From positions 388,735 to 452,734 of the forward strand of contig JAHDYR010000038.1 of the NCBI GenBank assembly GCA_019828565.1: a DNA stretch of 64,000 bases, written 5' to 3'. This DNA is from Carpediemonas membranifera BICM. Taxonomy: Eukaryota; Protista; Fornicata. This document shows, one piece after another, positions 34,483 through 46,118 of this stretch (the first letter of the stretch is position 1; every line of letters begins with the position of its first letter). Below the pieces are notes generated by a model. The model was given only the letters and a program-made list of their open reading frames with translations. It had not been told where the DNA came from and searched no databases. Both the position numbers and the translations under genes were made by a program.

Positions 34483-37400
34483 TTACTCTTCCTTCTTCTC
34501 ATCAAATGATGCCTCGTCGAGGCCCACAGTCACACCGGCATCGCCCAGAGCCTCCGCGGAATCCTCAACCTCCATACCAAATGCCTTACCGGCATTGGCC
34601 CGCTTCACGAGTGAAGTGAACTTACCAGTGTCATCCTCGAGCAGTGTCTTGGGCTGACCGCACTCGGCCAGCTTCCCGTCGTCGATGAGCATGATAAGAT
34701 CGGAGTCTGCGATCGTCTCGAGGCGGTGGGCGACGACAATGGCTGTGGCGCCGACCGTGGAGGTCCGCAGGGTGCGCTGGAGGATCTCGTCTGTGGCAAA
34801 GTCGACGCTGGCGGTGGCCTCGTCGATGAGGATGATACGGCTCTGCTGGAGCAGCGCGCGGGCCAGACAGACAAGCTGGCGCTCCCCCACGCTGAGGTTG
34901 GACCCACCCTGGATGACCTGGTGTGCCAGACCCTCCTTGTCGGCGTATTTCTCGAGCATGACTGAGTTGAGCACCTCGAACAGCTTGTCGTCGGCGTACC
35001 TGTTGAATGGGTCAAGGTTCATGCGGAGCTTGCCGCTGAACAGCACGGGCGACTGGGGGATGATGGCGATGGCCTTGCGGAGGGCGTTGATCGGGACGTC
35101 AGCCGCGTCCATGCCGCCGATGACGACCTTGGAGCCGGGCTCGGGTTGGGCCAGACGGAGCAAGGCGGCGATAAAGGTCGACTTCCCAGCGCCAGACCGG
35201 CCAACTATGCCGATCTTGGAGCCCGAATGGATGTCGACGCTGACGTCCTTGAGGGCGAGAGGCAGGTTGGGTCGGTAACGGTACGACAGGTTATCGATAT
35301 GAAGAGAGCCGTCCTCCGGCCACGAGGCCGGGGGCGCAGTGGTCGGCCCACCCTCAGAGGGAAGGGAGTCAGTGTACTCGCACACACGCTCGAACGAGGC
35401 CAGGTCAGATTCTAGGTTGATGTAGCACAGGACGAGGAACGTGAGCAGCTGCGAGACACCGTACAGCTGCGTGACGGCGAGCAGGCAAATGGAGGGCGAG
35501 ATCCAGTGAGACAGGAGGATCGCGACAATGACGACGCCCGAGGAGAGCACCGCGCCGAGCATCTGTGTGCGGAGGAACAGGTAACCCTGGCAGTCGATGA
35601 AGGCATGGGCGGGGACGAGGAAGTCGTCCATACGGTCCTGTGCCGCGTGGAAGTTGTTGCGGAAGTCCCCGTGCGCCCGGATGGTGGTGATGCCGCCGAT
35701 AGTCTCGCTAAAGTGCGAAACGACGGGTGAGTTCGAGGAACCTTGGAGGCGACGGAGCTGGATGAACGGCGACTTCACTGTCCGCATGAGGATGAAGTAG
35801 ACAATGAGGACAGGGATGACGATGACGATGATGCCGGGCAGCACGACGCTCATGGAGATGAGATTGAAGAGGATCGCGGCGACGAGGACGAAGGTGAACA
35901 TCAGGTTGAGCTGCAGTGACAGGTCTACGAGGCCAATGTCCGTCGAGAACCGGTTAACAATGCGTCCGACGGGCGTGGTCTCGAAGAAGCTCATGGGTGC
36001 CTGAAGAACATGCTTGACGAGGTTCTGGTGGATCTTGAGTGCCACGCGGAGGGTCATGGTTATGATAGAGAGGGATCTGAAGAACATGAGACACACTGCG
36101 GCCGCTCCGATGGCTGCCACACCCGCGAGGAAGACCCACTCGGACATGACGTCAGGCAGGGCGGTCCAGAATGCCAGCCAGTATGAGACGCCGTTGAACG
36201 AGAGCTGGGCGAAAATCAGGACGATGAGCACGGTGAAGAAGGCGAGGGGGCCGCCAGCGTACTTGATGAGGCGCCAGTATGTGCGCCAGGAGACTGTCAT
36301 GGCGCTGGTCTCGATCGTGTGCGTGTTGTCGCCAGTGTTGGCGGCGTCCTGGATGAGGTTGTCGAGGGAGGCGAGGTCAGGCTCGACTGGCTCTAAACTG
36401 CGGGATTCAAAGGTCTTGTTGACTTCGACGACGTGCTCTCTGGTGATGGTGATCTGCATGTCCGCGGGGACGTCGCGGTGGGACGCCACGAGTACCGTCT
36501 TGTCGGCGAGGAACGTGCCGAGAGCGTGGGTGATGATGTGCTCGCAGACGTGGGCGTCTACAGCAGCGAGGGGGTCGTCGATGACGTAGACGTCTGCCTT
36601 GCGGTAGAGGCAGCGAGCCAGGTTGACGCGGGCCTTCTGGCCGCCCGAGAGGGTCAACCCGTGCTCGCCGACGAGTGTCATGTCCTTGTGGTCGAGCACC
36701 TCAAGGTCAGGACCGAGGCAAGCAGCGAACAGCACGGAACGGTACCTATCCTCGTCCCAAGGCTCGTGCATGACGATGTTGTCCCTGATGGACTTGGTGG
36801 TAAGCCACGGATCCTGGGAGCAGTAGGAGAGCGTGCCGTTGTACATGCCCTGGGTCGAGTCGAGGGGGTCGAAGGCGTATGCGTCCTCGAGGGAGGGCGT
36901 GAGAGTGATGGGCCGCATCTCCCCGAGGATGGCGTGGACTAGCGCGCTCTTGCCCGAGGCGACGGGGCCAGAGATGTGCACGCGGGACCCGCCCGGGATG
37001 GGGATCGCTGCGGGGATCTGCAGCCGGAAGTTGCCGCGCTCCTTGCCCCTGAGGCCAGCGGGGGCCGAGCCCTCGGCGGGCGTCCGTGCGCCACTAGCCA
37101 CGTTGCTGCCCTTCTTCGAAGCAGCCTTGGACGCGGCCTTAGCCTTCTTTGCGGCCTTCTGGGCGCGTCTGTCCTGGAGCACTTTAGGGACAGTGTCAGT
37201 CTTCCAGAGCCAGGCAAAGGAGCCGTCAAGGATGACGTCACCGGCCTTAAGCTGCTCATTGGTCAGCTCGGGGATCTCGGGCAGCCTGAGGAAAGCCTGC
37301 ACGCGCTTGATGGCGGTCATTGACTGAACGAATGCGTTGATGGCTTGGGGCAGGCTCTGGCACGGTCCCTGGAGGGCAAAGGCCAGTGATACGGTGGTGT

Positions 37401-38565
37401 AGACCTTGCCCGTGTCAATACTGTTGCCCATGAGGATGTACCCAGCAGTAGTGACAAATACGACTAGTATGGGGAGGTTAAAGGCGAGCGTGGTCTGGAG
37501 GACGAACGCCATGAGCGTGAGGAAGAGGGCTCGCAGCTCGCGGGCACGGAGCTTGCCCACGAGGCTGGAGAACGAGTCTTCCCAGGCCTGGACCTTGATG
37601 GTCTGCATGCCGTTAAGGACCTCAGTGATCCACTTGACGCGCTCACCTGCTGTCTTCATTTTGGCCATAAATCCTGTGAAAATCAAAAACGTTGAGCCAA
37701 GCATCATGACTGTGACAAAGATGAGGACGGCGAAGGCCAGCAAGGTCGGCACAATGCCCAATGTGTACCACATGATCGCAAAGTTCACACTGAGGGAGAG
37801 CGGAACCGTGATGAGGTTCTGGAGCTGCTGGAAGAACATCTGGATCGCCTGAACATCAGTCATTGCTAGTTGGATGAGCTTGCCGCTCGATACGGCGGCC
37901 TGAAGTCCTGCACTGAGGCGGCCCAGTTTGGAGTAGATGAGGGACTTGACCGCGACCTCCACCGATCGCCCAACTCTCATGGTTAGGGTCATGGCGTGGG
38001 TGGCGGACACAGCGTATATAAACGGGGCAATAATCATGACGGCGACGACTACAATGCTTGGGATGAGGTCCATGGACCCCTCGAGCACTGATGTGAAGGG
38101 TGCGATGGCTACGGTGTACGTGTATTGGCTGATGACCGACACCAGGACGAGCAGGATGCCAATGTAGACCGGGATGGCGAGATCAAAGAAGATGGCGCGG
38201 GAGATGGCCATGTGTTTGGGTATGCGGCCGAAAGTGAGAACGCGGGAGCGTTTGAAGCCGCGGTAGAGGCGTCGGTAGACGACGCTTGTGCGGTACTTGC
38301 TGAGTGGAAGAGCGATGTCGGCGATGGTAACCTCCTGCTTTCTAACAGTCCTGAAAAACGAAGACAGGTACGAAAAGGTGAACAGGGGCAGGAGACCGGC
38401 ATTGAAAGCAGGATTGATGGGCCTTTCAGGGGCCTTCTTCGGCTTCTTAACGGAGTCATCCGACGGAGAGGCGCCAGAAGGCGAATTATCCGATCCGTGT
38501 GGTTGCTTCTCCGCGTTGCCTGGCGCAGAAGCCACGATGGCGTCATTCTTGGTGCTTTCCACCAT
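34483..38565 (-). CDS. ABCC/MRP-family ABC transporter (TMD-NBD-TMD-NBD)
   Basis: Walker A GPVASGKS and GRSGAGKS; signatures LSGGQ and LSVGERQL; Walker B VYVIDD and ILIDEATAS; FFETTPVGRIVNRFS. Confidence 0.95.
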   Translation of the reverse strand: MVESTKNDAIVASAPGNAEKQPHGSDNSPSGASPSDDSVKKPKKAPERPINPAFNAGLLPLFTFSYLSSFFRTVRKQEVTIADIALPLSKYRTSVVYRRLYRGFKRSRVLTFGRIPKHMAISRAIFFDLAIPVYIGILLVLVSVISQYTYTVAIAPFTSVLEGSMDLIPSIVVVAVMIIAPFIYAVSATHAMTLTMRVGRSVEVAVKSLIYSKLGRLSAGLQAAVSSGKLIQLAMTDVQAIQMFFQQLQNLITVPLSLSVNFAIMWYTLGIVPTLLAFAVLIFVTVMMLGSTFLIFTGFMAKMKTAGERVKWITEVLNGMQTIKVQAWEDSFSSLVGKLRARELRALFLTLMAFVLQTTLAFNLPILVVFVTTAGYILMGNSIDTGKVYTTVSLAFALQGPCQSLPQAINAFVQSMTAIKRVQAFLRLPEIPELTNEQLKAGDVILDGSFAWLWKTDTVPKVLQDRRAQKAAKKAKAASKAASKKGSNVASGARTPAEGSAPAGLRGKERGNFRLQIPAAIPIPGGSRVHISGPVASGKSALVHAILGEMRPITLTPSLEDAYAFDPLDSTQGMYNGTLSYCSQDPWLTTKSIRDNIVMHEPWDEDRYRSVLFAACLGPDLEVLDHKDMTLVGEHGLTLSGGQKARVNLARCLYRKADVYVIDDPLAAVDAHVCEHIITHALGTFLADKTVLVASHRDVPADMQITITREHVVEVNKTFESRSLEPVEPDLASLDNLIQDAANTGDNTHTIETSAMTVSWRTYWRLIKYAGGPLAFFTVLIVLIFAQLSFNGVSYWLAFWTALPDVMSEWVFLAGVAAIGAAAVCLMFFRSLSIITMTLRVALKIHQNLVKHVLQAPMSFFETTPVGRIVNRFSTDIGLVDLSLQLNLMFTFVLVAAILFNLISMSVVLPGIIVIVIPVLIVYFILMRTVKSPFIQLRRLQGSSNSPVVSHFSETIGGITTIRAHGDFRNNFHAAQDRMDDFLVPAHAFIDCQGYLFLRTQMLGAVLSSGVVIVAILLSHWISPSICLLAVTQLYGVSQLLTFLVLCYINLESDLASFERVCEYTDSLPSEGGPTTAPPASWPEDGSLHIDNLSYRYRPNLPLALKDVSVDIHSGSKIGIVGRSGAGKSTFIAALLRLAQPEPGSKVVIGGMDAADVPINALRKAIAIIPQSPVLFSGKLRMNLDPFNRYADDKLFEVLNSVMLEKYADKEGLAHQVIQGGSNLSVGERQLVCLARALLQQSRIILIDEATASVDFATDEILQRTLRTSTVGATAIVVAHRLETIADSDLIMLIDDGKLAECGQPKTLLEDDTGKFTSLVKRANAGKAFGMEVEDSAEALGDAGVTVGLDEASFDEKKEE

Positions 38566-38741
38566 CGCGAAGATCGTTCGAAAAAAGAGAAATGGGATAC
38601 TATCTCGCACGAGAAGTCGGTGAGTCGATTGGGCGATAACACTTCTGTCGACCAGTCTGATGGTGGCGTCTCTTGGATACCACTGGCTGTCTGAGCGTGA
38701 CACTTGCTTTTTCAATTAATGGGCTATATAAAATACATAAA

Positions 38742-39169
38742 ATGAGTGGAATTGAAAACTCACCACAGCGAGGGCAAGGCGAGACGAATGCCAACGACAG
38801 CAGGCCAGTATCCGAAGCAGCACCGCTTCCCGAAGGATGGGCCCCGTGTGACGATTATTCACCGGACAAGCTTGAGATATTCCTCGCTAGGCGCCGGTAC
38901 TTCTCCAACCCGCCAGCTGATGCCCTGCGAAACTTCACCGACAAAGCGCTGATAAGCCTCAGAGCCGCTGGCCTGATGAACGACATCTCTGACCTATTTG
39001 AGAATGTCGTTAACAATATCAGTCGCTCGAGAGCTCTTAGCGTGCAGGACAGGTTCGTGAAGGTACAAAAGATGCGCCCCATCCCCAGAGGCGCTCTCAG
39101 TACCGCTAACACAAGGTTCGTCACCGACCTTCTGACCGGTGGCGATCCTGCCCTCGACGACCGCCAACG
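38742..39169 (+). CDS. 5' part of the non-LTR element's N-terminal ORF (interrupted)
   Basis: MSGIENSPQ...; TATATAAAA just upstream; continues at 51750 after the insertion. Confidence 0.7.
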
Positions 39170-39290
39170 TGTAGTCCGTTAGGGACAAGAAAGCTTTACA
39201 GGGAAAAGAGACGACACCAAATGTGTCGACAGAAACCTGAAGACGATGTAAATAATACAACTATGTAAATATTGGGTAAGACCCACGACA
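39170..39290 (-). repeat. 3' LTR of element B
   Basis: Identical to 51625..51745; adjacent purine tract on the minus strand (39291..39300). Confidence 0.95.
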
Positions 39291-39339
39291 CCGCCCCTCC
39301 ATGGACCCCAAAGGGGCCATGGCCTCAGGCGTATGCCAC

Positions 39340-39447
39340 TGTCAGCCATTTATATATGAGATACGTATTTGATACGGTCTTGATCCGTCCAGCTCGACAC
39401 CCTTGTGTCGAGCTCTCTTTGTAAAGTCTTTTTCCTTAGTGATCACA
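39340..39447 (+). repeat. 5' LTR of element A
   Basis: TGTCAG...ATCACA, identical to 45668..45775. Confidence 0.95.
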
Positions 39448-39467
39448 GTAAGCTTACTTCCAAACTA

Positions 39468-42400
39468 ATGGATAAGGGACCTTTATGTACACAGCCTGAG
39501 ATTCACGCAGTCCTCTCATTTGCCGAGAAATTGGATAAGCATGTTCGCGCGGGCGGAAAGAGGCGCTTGCTTAAGCGACTCGGACCCGCGGTGACCTCAT
39601 ACTGCAAGGCGATGGGTACTGATATTACCAGAAAGTATCAGGCCGCAAAACATCACGATGATGGCTCCAAAAGAACGAAGCACGAACGCGAGGACATCGT
39701 ATTCCAGGCGATTGTGGACATTGTTAAGCCCTCCGATGCGATCCTTGAGCGCCGCCTTTTCGACCTATCGACCACTGGTATCGATATTGGCCGCCTATCT
39801 CTCTATATCGACCGCTTCGCTTCCCGCCGCCGTCTCATTGCACCCACGGGCAAGGATTCAGTCCTTCGCGGCCAGTTTTTGCGCGGAATCCAAGACGAAA
39901 CGCTCAGAGAGGAGGTTTCTCACGCCTCCAAGGGTCTGTCACTTGACGCGACCTTTTCGACCGCCCTCCTGACATGTAAGCGTCTGGAGGAAGCAATCAA
40001 GCTCACTTCAACGTCCAAGCCTGCCCCTGCTCAAGAGCGCGAACGCTCTAAGCAGTCCGCTGTCCGCAAACGCCCCCCGCGTGAGCAGCGCGAGCCTCAG
40101 GATCAGCCGCGCCAAGACAAGCGGCAGCAACACCAGCCCCGCCAGTATCAGACGCACTTCCACCAGCAAGGCCAACGTCACGGTCAGCGTCAGCAGCAGA
40201 CGCAACACCACGGTCACCAGCGAGACATCGTATGCTTTAACTGCGGCAGGCCGAACCACCGCGCTTTCGAATGCACCAGAGAGAAGGCCGTGTGCGCGAA
40301 GTGCGGCAAGTCGGGGCACCTAGACAAGTTCTGTCAGGTAAACCCCAGATCATGCTTCTCTGTCTCTGTTTCTACGTCGGCGGCTGAAGGCCAGCGCTCC
40401 CCTACCCGTCGTGAGTGCCGTCGTCCCTATGGGTAGCGACGAATCTACCACATGGCACCGTGTCTTATTCGACTGTGGTGCTGACATTTCTCTTGTCAAC
40501 CCGGCTTCCGCCAGAGCGGCCGAGCTCATTCCGACGAAGCTCGCTGCACCCATTAAGATCAAGACTCCGGGTGGAACGATCGAGACTGATACGTGTTATG
40601 AGGTGCCGTTGAAGATGTGTAAGTCACCTTTCACCCCGAAAGGTCTATCCACCACAGTCTCCGCGTATGGGGTTGACTGTGCTTATGATCTCCTCTTGTC
40701 ATATCAGACCATGGTCGAGTGGGGTATTCTCCCCAGCTTGTGTGAACCGTCTCAGTCTGACAATGAAGACGCCTTGGAGCCTTTCGTGCCAGAGCCTGAG
40801 CCGCTCCAGGCGTATACTCTGTCTTCGGACTACACTCTCACTCATGACCGCATCCTCGCAGCTTATGCTCATTGCTTTGATGCTCGAGAAGGGTTCTCAG
40901 CATTAGAGCCATACGACCTCGTACTCAAGGAGGACCGCGTCGTCGCCACGAGATCCAATTACATACCGTACCAGAAGCAGGGCCTGTTCGACGAGCACGT
41001 CAACGAACTACTGTCGAAGAAATACATCGAGGCCAGCTTCTCGCCATACTCTTCTCCAGCATTGCTCGTCCCCAAGGGCAAGGACAAGACCAGGATGGTC
41101 GTAGACTTCCGCAGAATCAATGATTTGACCACGCCATTCGACTATCCGATCCCCGAGGTTAACACGTGCTTGACCAGGCTTGCTGGTGCCAAGGTCTTCG
41201 CCACTCTCGACCTCTCGAAAGGGTATCACCAGGTCGAGCTGACCGAGCGTTCTAGGCAATACACGGCGTTTATGACCCCCCGTGGGAAGTTCCAATACAC
41301 CGGAATGCCGTTCGGCCTGAAGAACGCTGGCGCGCACTTTCAGTACGCGATTGAGCGCGGGTTCCAGGACCTCTTAGGCGACGCCTGCATTATATATATA
41401 GATGACATTATCATCTTTGGACGCTCGGAGCAGGAATATCTGGCCAACCTCGCTAAGGTGCTCCGCCGATGTGACGAGCTCAAGCTATCGTTGAACAAGG
41501 AGAAGTCGCATTTCGGCCTAGCCGAAGTGGAGTTCCTAGGATGGGTTGTGTCCGGCTCGGGTTTCCGGATTGCTCCAGACAGGATCCGCGATGTAGAAGG
41601 CCTGCGGCTACCGAAGACGAAGAAGGCCACGCAGGCCCTTATGGGATTCCTCAACTTTATGAGAGACTTTGTTCCTAACTTCTCCGAGCTTATCCGACCG
41701 TTAGCCCGGGCGGCAAGCGGCAAGGAGGCTCCGGACGGATTACCTCAGGCAGAGGCGCTGGCCAAGGTTAAGGACCGCCTCTGCCACGCACCGGCACTCG
41801 AGCACTTTGACGTTTCGAAGGATCATGTGGTCATGACAGACGCGTCTGATCTCGGGATCGGGGGTGTTCTCCTCCAGGACGGCAAGCCGGTGTGTTATAT
41901 GTCCCACGCGTTCTCAGATGTGCAGACGCGTTGGAGCACGATCGAACAGGAAGCGTATGCGATTGTCACCGCCCTCCAGAGGTGGCGCCGTTTCCTGTGC
42001 TGGACGTCGTTTACTCTCCTCACTGACCACCGGAACCTGGTCTACATGTCACGATCGTCTAACGCAAAAAGTCCAGCGTTGGTACGAGTCAATCGCAGAC
42101 CTAGACTTCACAGTGAAGCATGTGGCCGGGGTTGACAACGGAGCGGCGGACGGGCTGAGTCGAGTCTTCTCCGCAACTGCCAGACAGGCAACAGCTACCG
42201 ATGACGAGATCCAGGCAGCTCATATGCACGGCCAGGCCCACCTCCCGGTTTATACGACGGTAGAGTGGCTGAGATCTAACGGGCTCCGGGCTCCAGTGGA
42301 TAGGGTAGCGCGGGTCATGGATCGTTGCCCCGTGTGCCAACTTACCGCCAAGCCGGCCGAGGCGTCCAGACCGTACCTCCACACGGCGAGCCTGCGACCG

Positions 42401-43432
42401 TTCCAGCGGGTAGCCATGGATACTATTGGCCCCCTGCCAGAGTCTCGCGGGTACAAGTTCATCTTAGTTATTATTGATATGGCCTCGCGGTGGACCGAGC
42501 TCGTCCCACTCAAGTCCACAAGGGCGGACGAAGCTGTGACTGCCTTCGTCAACGGATGGATTCTCCGGTACGGCGTGCCCAGAGTTCTACAGACAGACGG
42601 TGGCAAGCAGTTCGTCAACAAGCTATTCACAGATCTATCGGTGCGCGTAGGGTTTGCTACTCACGTCACCACCCCGTACCATCCACAGTCAAACGGCATT
42701 GTGGAACGGGCGAACAGCCGCATTGAGCGCATTTTACGCAACAGGCAATACCAGCTTCGGAGCGAGTTGTGGTCAGACTCCCTCCCTGTCGCGCAGTATA
42801 TCGTCAACGCGTCTCCCCACACCGCGACACGCTTAACACCGGCCGAGGTCATCTTCGGTAGCGATTTCCGTGTCCCGGCAGACGTGATGATGGCAGACGT
42901 CCAGAGTATGGCTGGACAGCCCAGCAGTAATGTTCAAGCAGCTCAGTTAGCCCGAGACTTGGCAGAGGCGAGAATCAAGGTCATGCACCAAGATGCGCTA
43001 GACAAAGTGTCAGCAACGACACCTATCTCGTCCGACTATGTGTTGGTCAAGTACCCGAATGGACCGCCGTCCAAGTTGGCGTCAGGATGGCGAGGGCCTA
43101 TGAAGCTAGTGCGTCCTATCGTGAGGCAGAACCTCACGGTGGGCTATGTCGTCAAGGATGTCAACACAAAGAAGGAGTTCCAAGTCGCCTCGGAGAGAGT
43201 TCGCGCCTTTATGGGTGAGTTGTCCGAGCAACGGGCTCAGGAACTCGCGGCAGTCACGCTCGGTGAATATCTGGTCGAGTCCATACTAGAGTCGACGAGT
43301 GAGGCCAGGATGAGAGACAGGAAGTTCCGGGTTAGATGGCTGGGATATGAGCCGTCAGAGGACACATGGGAACCATATGGGAATGTCAAGGGTTGTGAAG
43401 CACTGGATGTATTCCTGGGAAGGGCCAAGTAA
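39468..43432 (+). CDS. Element A gag-pol (zinc knuckles, protease, RT, RNase H, integrase, chromodomain); 1-nt frameshifts at ~40400 and ~42070
   Basis: Two CCHC knuckles; LFDCGAD; YIDDII; TDASDLGIG; H..H..CPVC; D-D-E integrase; GWRGP; YLVESI...RVRWLGYEPSEDTWEP. Confidence 0.93.
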
Positions 43433-43461
43433 ATGGCGCCCAGAGAGAGTCACAATCTGAT

Positions 43462-44790
43462 TTATTCAATGGCACCAAGGCTGTCACCAAGCTCAAAGAA
43501 GATGCCGTCATGCTCCCAGCGCCGACGAACACGACGCCATAAGTTATGCTCGTTGAGATAACGAGTGACAGGCATGGTGCGGCAAAGATCCTGGGTCAGG
43601 AAGGTCAGTGACGGCAGCGGATAGCCCGAAAACTGGACGAGCAGGATGAACGACTCCTCCTGGCGGGCGTTCTCGTAGAGCTCGATGTGCTCTTTGACCT
43701 CCACCACACCGTACGCGGCGGACGTGTCCGTGAGCTGGAGCGTGAACAGCTCCTTGTTCATGGCAAGCTCCATAGCCGGGAGATGCTCAAGCCGGACACA
43801 GGTCCAATAGGCCCGAACGAAGTCGCGGGAGCGGGTGGCGGTCAGGCGCGAGGCACCGCGGTTCTCAGCCGCCATAAGCAGCGAGAACATGGCTGGGTGT
43901 CGGCCTGCCATCACCACGCGCTTGAGGAGGTCCACCACCACATCACGAGAGACCGTGGCACCCGGCTCTCGAGTGCGCTTCAGCGCCAGGAGGGCTCCCT
44001 CAGCTGTGGCGACGTGGTTTGTGGCAAACCGGTCGCTCGTCCCGCCCTGGACCAGAGCCGCGGCTACGGCGCGAGTGTCTTGGACACCCTCCATGGAGCG
44101 CTGGAGAGCGCACCCGATGGCCGTCACCTCCGCGAACCGACGAAGGATGTCGGCAGAGACGTAAGCAGCCGTGACCTCGGTCATAGCGCTGCCGAAGAGC
44201 TTCCCGGTCTGAACTCGGTCGAGGAGGGCTGTGAAATTGACTTCGAAGCAGTTGGAGAAGCGAGCAGTGCTGATCTCCGCAAAGGTGGTGCGGAAGGTCT
44301 CGACCTGACGCTGCTCGCGTGCCGGAAGAGGTTCGGCGGGCTCGGTCGGCTCGGCGACGGTCACAATAGCCCTAGGGGTTTCGACATTGGCGCGGTAGCG
44401 GGTCTGTCGGTGGAATGGGCGGACAGGGACCTCTACGACACGCTGGTTGAACTCAGCGCCCAGCTCACTCGTGCGGGTGATTGTGGTCTGAGCAGATTCG
44501 GGATGGCAGTCGGTGATGTGCCGTCCGGAGCGTCGAGGTCGGAGAACGGTGCGATCGGGAGCTGAACCAGCTTCTTGGTGCGAAATGGCATCACCATCGG
44601 TGTTCTCAGCGGTGTTTTCAGTGGATGGAGGCGTGTGAGAACCTTCAGTAGCTTCCTGGGAGCCGTCACCATTCAGCAGCTCGACATGCTTTCGCTTCAA
44701 GGCCTGAAGATCGGAGATGAGCACACCAGTAGGATTGGCCGTCATATACTGGTCGATTGCAGCAAAGAGTTCCTCCTCTACGTTTGTCAT
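43462..44790 (-). CDS. Element A antisense accessory protein (442 aa) with C-terminal chromodomain-like region
   Basis: Intact ORF inside the LTRs, convergent with pol; homologous to 46381..47628. Confidence 0.8.
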   Translation of the reverse strand: MTNVEEELFAAIDQYMTANPTGVLISDLQALKRKHVELLNGDGSQEATEGSHTPPSTENTAENTDGDAISHQEAGSAPDRTVLRPRRSGRHITDCHPESAQTTITRTSELGAEFNQRVVEVPVRPFHRQTRYRANVETPRAIVTVAEPTEPAEPLPAREQRQVETFRTTFAEISTARFSNCFEVNFTALLDRVQTGKLFGSAMTEVTAAYVSADILRRFAEVTAIGCALQRSMEGVQDTRAVAAALVQGGTSDRFATNHVATAEGALLALKRTREPGATVSRDVVVDLLKRVVMAGRHPAMFSLLMAAENRGASRLTATRSRDFVRAYWTCVRLEHLPAMELAMNKELFTLQLTDTSAAYGVVEVKEHIELYENARQEESFILLVQFSGYPLPSLTFLTQDLCRTMPVTRYLNEHNLWRRVRRRWEHDGIFFELGDSLGAIE

Positions 44791-45010
44791 AGCGCCGTTT
44801 GAAATCTGGGAGGCGTCCCAGATTTGATTTACATGTATACATGAGTTATATAATCTCAGGAGGACACCCACCGCGCAAGTTACAGACGCTGAGCACGCCT
44901 GTATAGCCAATACTGGCCAAGGGACAGCCGTTCACGTATTCTCTCGCGCGTTTTATGCCGAGACGAGATCTCGAGGAAAAGGGGAAGAAAAACACCTCCA
45001 AGAAGTGATA

Positions 45011-45254
45011 ATGGACAAAGTTTATACGAAGAACGTGGTTTTGATGTTGGTTATTCATGATGGAGCTCGTATTCTGGGCACAAGAAGTCCGAGCGGAGAC
45101 GAAGAGAAGAAAACTCCCGTATCTCGCCAAGGAAGCGGAATTGGAGCTAGTTAACTGCATTTTTGAAGCCTATGTAAGAAATAGCGGAAGAGGAGCACAA
45201 ACCGCCAACTATTCCGAATCAAGCCGAATGCATGACATAACCTGCACGGTTTGA
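45011..45254 (+). CDS. Element A small ORF3
   Basis: ..LAKEAELELVNCIFEAYVR.. matches element B ..LANEAELRLLMTFFDLYVIR; 5' end uncertain (possible frameshift near 45050). Confidence 0.5.
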
Positions 45255-45667
45255 TGCAATCAGACAGAACACTGGTATGTATCGACTACTAGGAGGGGCA
45301 GGATCCCCAGGTAAGATACCCATGACACAGCGCGCTTATTTAGTGGTACCACGAGTCTTTTCGAATCTGTAGAATCTTTGCGCAATCTAGAAAATCTTTA
45401 GAGAATTTCCGTGGGTGGACTCCACGCCGGGCGATGGCTTAGGACGCTATGTCGTCAGCCTAGTCAACGGATACTATCCGGCGTACACGCAAGTCCCGTG
45501 TGCGCGACGGTCAGCCCTCTAAGTTGAACTTAGTTGGCATCCCCGGATCACTGGTCATTCCCCAGCGATCGACGGTTATAGGGTCAGCACTCTTGGGCTG
45601 TTCCCCCAAGACCTGATTAACAATGGTATCCTTTTCGTGATGCTCTTAACAGAGCATGGGGGGGAAG

Positions 45668-45775
45668 TGTCAGCCATTTATATATGAGATACGTATTTGA
45701 TACGGTCTTGATCCGTCCAGCTCGACACCCTTGTGTCGAGCTCTCTTTGTAAAGTCTTTTTCCTTAGTGATCACA
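45668..45775 (+). repeat. 3' LTR of element A
   Basis: Preceded by the PPT, followed by the CCAC TSD. Confidence 0.95.
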
Positions 45776-46118
45776 CCACTCGAACGAATGTGCGATGAGG
45801 GACTTGACCAGTCCCGAGACCTCCGATGCCACTCATTGGTCTACGAGACTCTGTACCATGGCAGGGTACAGGGTGAATGCCTTGTTCAAGTCGGGAGCCA
45901 GAATTAGCGGGGTGAATCTGAAAGATTCGGAAAATATCTGCGGATCTCAAAATCCTATCGTGGTACCACTTGTTAGCGCGCTGTGTAATTAGAATGATCT
46001 TACGTGAGGCATTCCGCCCCTCCACGGTCGTAAAACGGCCGTTTGAATATTGATTAGATCAAATGAGCGCCTAAAACTGCTCACTGTGATGATCTTTGTG
46101 TTTCTCTTGGTATGTACT

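Larger units (their letters stand above)
39340..45775 (+). mobile_element. Ty3/gypsy chromovirus element A (6436 bp) nested in B in opposite orientation
   Basis: Identical 108-bp TG..CA LTRs at 39340..39447 and 45668..45775; CCAC TSD; PPT GGGGGGGAAG. Confidence 0.95.

Noticed and set aside
40395-40436. Programmed +1 gag-pol frameshift in element A
   Set aside because: It lies in a C4 run, and sister element B has a single continuous gag-pol ORF; probably an indel.
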